A stretch of DNA of 64,000 bases, taken from positions 72,044,001 to 72,108,000 of the forward strand of contig OZ024740.1 of assembly GCA_964016885.1 (NCBI GenBank), in the 5' to 3' direction. Positions 59,482 through 64,000 of the stretch are shown here, one piece after another. Under the pieces are notes generated by a model. That model searched no databases, had not been told where the DNA came from, and saw only the letters and a program-made list of their open reading frames with translations. The position numbers and the translations under genes were made by a program. Origin of the DNA: Eledone cirrhosa. Lineage: Eukaryota. Within the stretch, counting starts at the first letter, position 1; the number at the start of each line of letters is the position of its first letter.

Positions 59482-61026
59482 ATGAAATTATCTCAAAGTG
59501 AACACTATGGTGGTGGTGATGGTGTTGGACATCTGTCAGTTTCAACAATGAGTGTTCCAGTTGTTTGAACAGAACTGCCTGCTCATGAAATTAACGTGTA
59601 AGTGGCTGAGCAGTCTTCAGACACATGCACACTTAATTGTTCTCCAGTAAATTCAGCATAAGTGTTTGACAAGGCAGGCCATTTGAATTACTTCTACAGC
59701 TAATTTTTTCCAGCTGAGTGGACCAGAAGAACAAAGTCTCTTGCTCAAGGACACAATATGTTGGTGGGTTCTCGGGTTACTGTAGCCTACAAAGATGACA
59801 CAGGAAAGAGAGAAGCTATACTGAAGAGGACCAAGAATACCTTGCTAATGCAGTTTAATGTAATACAGGACATTAAGAGTTAAACTGCTTTAGTCCAGAT
59901 AGAAATTATAGCAACAAAATTAAATAAATGTTCTGTTAAAATAAATAAATCTAGTAAACCAACAGCTTTTCATAGGGCTTCTTTTTTTTCTTTTTTTACA
60001 CAATATTCATTTCTTCCTTGGCACATATTGTACCAAATACTGTAGTCTATACTGTAAAACCAAGTTCTCTGATTGTTTTATTACATTTGTAAAGCAAGAT
60101 TGTTAATCACCCTTTTAACACTGAATGACAACCAGACATTTTTACCGTTTGTTGATAAGGTGTTTTTTCCTGATACGTTTATATCAGTGTGGTCACATTA
60201 CACTGCTGAAGAGAATGAATGAAAAGTGTTCCTTCAGCAGAGATAACATGGAAATTTAAGCCAATCTCTACAAAAGCTGGAATTGATATTACATTTCAAT
60301 TGGACATAAATTGAGGATTAACTTCATCATGATCATCCTTATCATTTTGAATTCCCTTTTTGATGTTGGTATATGTTGAACCGGTTGTTACAGACTGTTG
60401 AGTACTTAACAGAATTGTGTGGGTGAGTGGTAATGGTGATGCACTCACTATCATGAGGTAGGATTCCTGGACCAGATGATGTTCTTTAGCAAGTTGCTTC
60501 ATTTTACATTGCTTTTCGTGATAGGACTGGAATCCCTATCAATAAAACATCTGAGAAACCTCTTAAGAGATACAATCTTAAGCGGCCAGCTAAACCTGCA
60601 TAGGTGTGAGCTGTAACAACTATATGATCGGGCCGGGGGAAACTATTGTTAAAATATCTGAGATGCAACCTTATAGGAGGTAAGCTAATGGTGTGTGGCT
60701 TAGTGGGTAGTGTGTTGAGGAAGGCACTTCATTTCATGTTGTGCCAGTTCACTCAGTTGAAAATGAATATCAACAACTGGAGATTAACCCTGTGACAGCA
60801 TGGTGTCCTGTTCAGGAAGAAGTCTGTATTCTGAATTGTTCAACACTTGTGAAACCAGGATAAGCTCCTGGCTTCATCCATCCCTGGTAAAACACATAAA
60901 TTGATTATTTTAACTCATTCTAAGCTTAACAATTTCAGAATGAGAATTCTGATAAGCTCTGGGTAGAACAAGAACAATCATTTATGAAGCAAATCTTTTG
61001 TGAATGGCTATACAACAGCAAGTGTG

Positions 61027-61242
61027 TTAACACTTTAGCATTTAAACTGGCTGTATCTGGCCAGAATTCTCTTACCTCTTTCTGTTCAAACCGTCCATAA
61101 CTGGCTGTTCATACTTATGTTAAGGTATTGTTCTCAAAATAAATATCAAATTCTCATAGATTCGATATTATGTGATAATTATATAAAATAAAATGTTTAC
61201 TGTGAAAATACAATAGTATAATAGTAAATGCTAAAGAGTTAA
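61027..61242. mobile_element. TTAA-flanked MITE (different family)
   Basis: Terminal inverted repeats ttaacactttagcattta / taaatgctaaagagttaa. Confidence 0.75.
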
Positions 61243-61578
61243 GGCAATTTTCCCTACTAAAGCAGGGATTAACCTTGTTTTCCATGACAAGCATCTCTAT
61301 TTTCCCTATCATCTCCATCTCTCCTCACCAACCTCCTAGATTTCATTTCTTCTATCATCATCTTTAATCATATCTTTCTTGTTCTTTCTCTTTCTTTACA
61401 TCCTTCCTCGAAATCCTGTTGCTATTGAAGTGTTTTGTATTTACTTCACATAAATCAGCAAGTAGGTTAAATGTTTAGATATTTCCCAATCCCATAACTA
61501 ACTACTTTGTTCTTAAATAGTCTTTCATGGTAAAAGAGAAGTGTTTTATGTTCTGTATCAATTAGTTTGGGTTCAGAT

Positions 61579-62055
61579 TTAATTCTTTTGATAACAAACC
61601 ACCTAGAACCACCCCTGGTTCTTTGATACAAATCTGTTAAAGTGTTTATAACTGCTTAAAATGTTGTAACTGGCATTGTTCCCTTGGTCTCCTCTCTTTA
61701 TCTAAAACCCTTCCATCATAATTTTATGTAAGAACCTTTGTTCCAAACAGATTATTGAGAAAGTTAGTCTTATTACTAAATCCATCCAAATTCTGGATAA
61801 TTTTATAAATTATTTGAAAATCATAGGAAGTGTCTTTTATTAGGAATGTTGTAACAAAAGAGTTAATGACATGAGCAGTGTCTTTTGTTAGATATGTGCT
61901 AACAAGAGTTAATGTCATAGGCAGGGTCTTTCATTAGAAATATGGTAGCAAAAGGGTTTAAGGATATAGGCAGTGTCTTTTATTAGAAATATGGGAACAA
62001 AAGAGTTAATGACATGGACAGTGTCTTTTATTAGGAATATGGTAACAAGAGTTAA
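61579..62055 (-). mobile_element. TTAA-flanked MITE, 5 tandem ~47-bp terminal units
   Basis: aa(a)gagttaa-like ends at ~61866, 61912, 61961, 62009 and 62055. Confidence 0.7.
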
Positions 62056-62218
62056 TGTTGTCTGATTTGTTTAGATTACTGGTTATTATTCGATAGTTAA
62101 AGTGACCAGTAGTAAAAACAATTTGAAAGTAAAAAATGTATTGTCATCATTTCTGTTGTAGTTAATTTAATGTCTAACAGTGTTCTGTTATTACTACAGA
62201 AGGAAAGCACCTGTATAA

Positions 62219-62470
62219 CATCACCATCGTCATTATCATCTGTCTGTATTCCACACTGGCATGGGTTGGATAGATCATTACTGCCCGAGACTAGACAGGT
62301 CACAGAACTACATCTTTCTCATACACTCCATTTTTGGCAAGATGTTTTGGTGTTGGTTACCCTTCCTAATGCTAACTACGATATAGAATGTACAGGCTGC
62401 ATTTTATCATGGCATCAGCACCTTCCCTTTACAGAGTGTACTGGCTGCATTTTATCACAATACTAACACT
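62219..62470 (-). mobile_element. Old RTE-tail/SINE fragment
   Basis: catcaccatcgtc tail, ttccacactggcatgggttgga and cccttcctaatgc motifs. Confidence 0.65.
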
Positions 62471-62719
62471 AGAGAGGTTGTCATGTCCTGCTAAGGACTG
62501 AAGTCTTTTTACAGAATGCACTAGGTGTATTTTATTGTAGCACTAGTGAGGTCATCAAGTCTTCAACAAGAACAAAGATCATTTCTGCCTTACATTGTCT
62601 TTGTCCATTTGTCAACCACTTTACAGGGAGAACTGAGTATTTTATCAATGGTAGGAAAACATTCTGGGAGTGTTCTTGTACGAATTTTATATAGTTGACA
62701 GTGAAATTTTGGAATAAAG

Positions 62720-62830
62720 TTTTACTAAAATTGAAATATATCTAATTAATTGAAATATAGTTTTACTAAAATTGAAATGCATCTTATTAATTGAAATAGA
62801 AGTTTACTAAAATCAAAATGCATCTAATTC
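62720..62830. repeat. ~41-bp tandem repeat, about 3 copies
   Basis: tttactaaaattgaaat... repeated. Confidence 0.75.
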
Positions 62831-63075
62831 ATTTCTGTATTTCATGAGACTATCAACTTTTATAGGATAGGCCATAAAAATGTTCAGGAAGTCTGTAAGG
62901 AAATGAAAATTGATCTGTCAAAAGTCACTGAATCATTCAATTTATACATACGTTATTAGTTTTACAGTATTATAAAACTAATAAATGTGTTAACATTAAT
63001 CTATAGTAGTGGCCAGCCATGTTAAGACATTCTGAAGAACAGAATTTCTTGTAGTTAGTTGCTTTTCAAAGAAGC

Positions 63076-63510
63076 TTAACCTTTTTCATATTAAGCTGCC
63101 TGACATAAAACTACTTTAAAGTGTTTATCATCATCATCGTCATCATTTAATGTCTGATAGTGACATTTATCTAAAGACTTTCTCTCTTAATTTTATGTAA
63201 GAAGAATTAAGTCATTTTCCAAACATCAGCTTCATAATGAGAAAGTTAGTCATATTACTAAATCCTTTCATTAACTTGATTATTTTCAAAATTATTTCAA
63301 AATCACAGACAGTTTCTTTCATTAGAAATATGAAAATGAAAGGGTTAAAGACATATACAGTGCCTTTCATGAGAAATATTGTAATTAAAGGGTTAAAGAC
63401 AGTCTTTCATTAGAAATATGGCAATAAAAGTGTTAGACATAGGTGGTGCTTTGATTAGAAATATGGTAATGAAATGATTAGACATATACAGTTTCTTTCA
63501 TAAGAAATAA
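63076..63510 (-). mobile_element. TTAA-flanked MITE, ~4-5 tandem terminal units
   Basis: tttcattagaaatatg...aaagggttaaagaca repeated. Confidence 0.65.
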
Positions 63511-64000
63511 GGCTGGTTCAATGTAGTGTCCTCTATAAAGGTAGGACTGGAGCCCTATCTTTATGACCCTCAAGAAACTTCCTATATGATGCAACCTTAT
63601 AGGAGACCAACTAAACCTACATAGATGTGAGCTGTAACTTATTCTTCTACACAGATATAATTGGATGATTTAATCTTCCTTTAACTGCTTAACTTAAAGG
63701 TGTGTCCTGCTCAAAGCTCTGCAATACTGTTGATTTGAATGGAATGGTATTTTTGTTTTTATTTGAATTAGGTTTTGTAAACACTAACAACAGTTTAGTG
63801 AGTGACTGAGGCATCATCCTAAAGGAATTAATGGTAGGGGGAGAGTGTATACTTTATCATGTTAGTTGAGTGAAGGCTTCTGTTTAAACTTTCTTTTACA
63901 CTTGAAAAATCAAAGCCCCCCCCCCCTCTTTTTTTTTCCAATTATATTTTGTTTTGATAATTCAATTATTTTCATTCCAATATTTTCTCTTGAATCTGCA

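Noticed and set aside
59570-59625. Minus-strand CTGAAGA followed by a hairpin
   Set aside because: No correctly placed GAAA; lies in an old SINE-like repeat.
60200-60240. CTGAAGA...GAAA hammerhead-like spacing
   Set aside because: No helix II (gaatgaat) and no consistent helix I/III register.
47448-62466. Short 60-110-aa ORFs in the right third of the window
   Set aside because: No recognisable domains apart from the decayed RTE; most overlap repeats or low-complexity DNA.

Overview
Eukaryotic, AT-rich repeat-dominated window. The RTE/SINE tail motif 'GGTTGGTGTTAGGAAGGGCATCCA...' suggests an octopod cephalopod (inference). Bases 1-46.9 kb are a very large (TA)n/TTTA microsatellite field with one 200-N scaffold gap, invaded by mostly 5'-truncated retroelements: four RTE-type LINE families (three with a PHD-like C4HC3 finger after the RT) and two CR1/L2-group LINE families. 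Between these lie short non-coding islands, most of which fold by eye into type I hammerhead ribozymes (HHRs): about ten motifs from at least seven unrelated sequence families. One HHR family is physically joined to a Penelope-like element (PLE) ORF fragment. Another sits in an ORF-less ~460-bp head-to-tail monomer (retrozyme-like). Several insertions show twin-priming-type 5' inversions. Bases 46.9-64 kb look like ordinary intergenic/intronic DNA with old SINEs, a decayed RTE, TTAA-flanked MITEs, a palindromic MITE and a 33-bp minisatellite. No host protein-coding gene is confidently seen. The long IY-repeat ORFs are microsatellite artefacts. All folds and alignments were done by eye and need computational confirmation.
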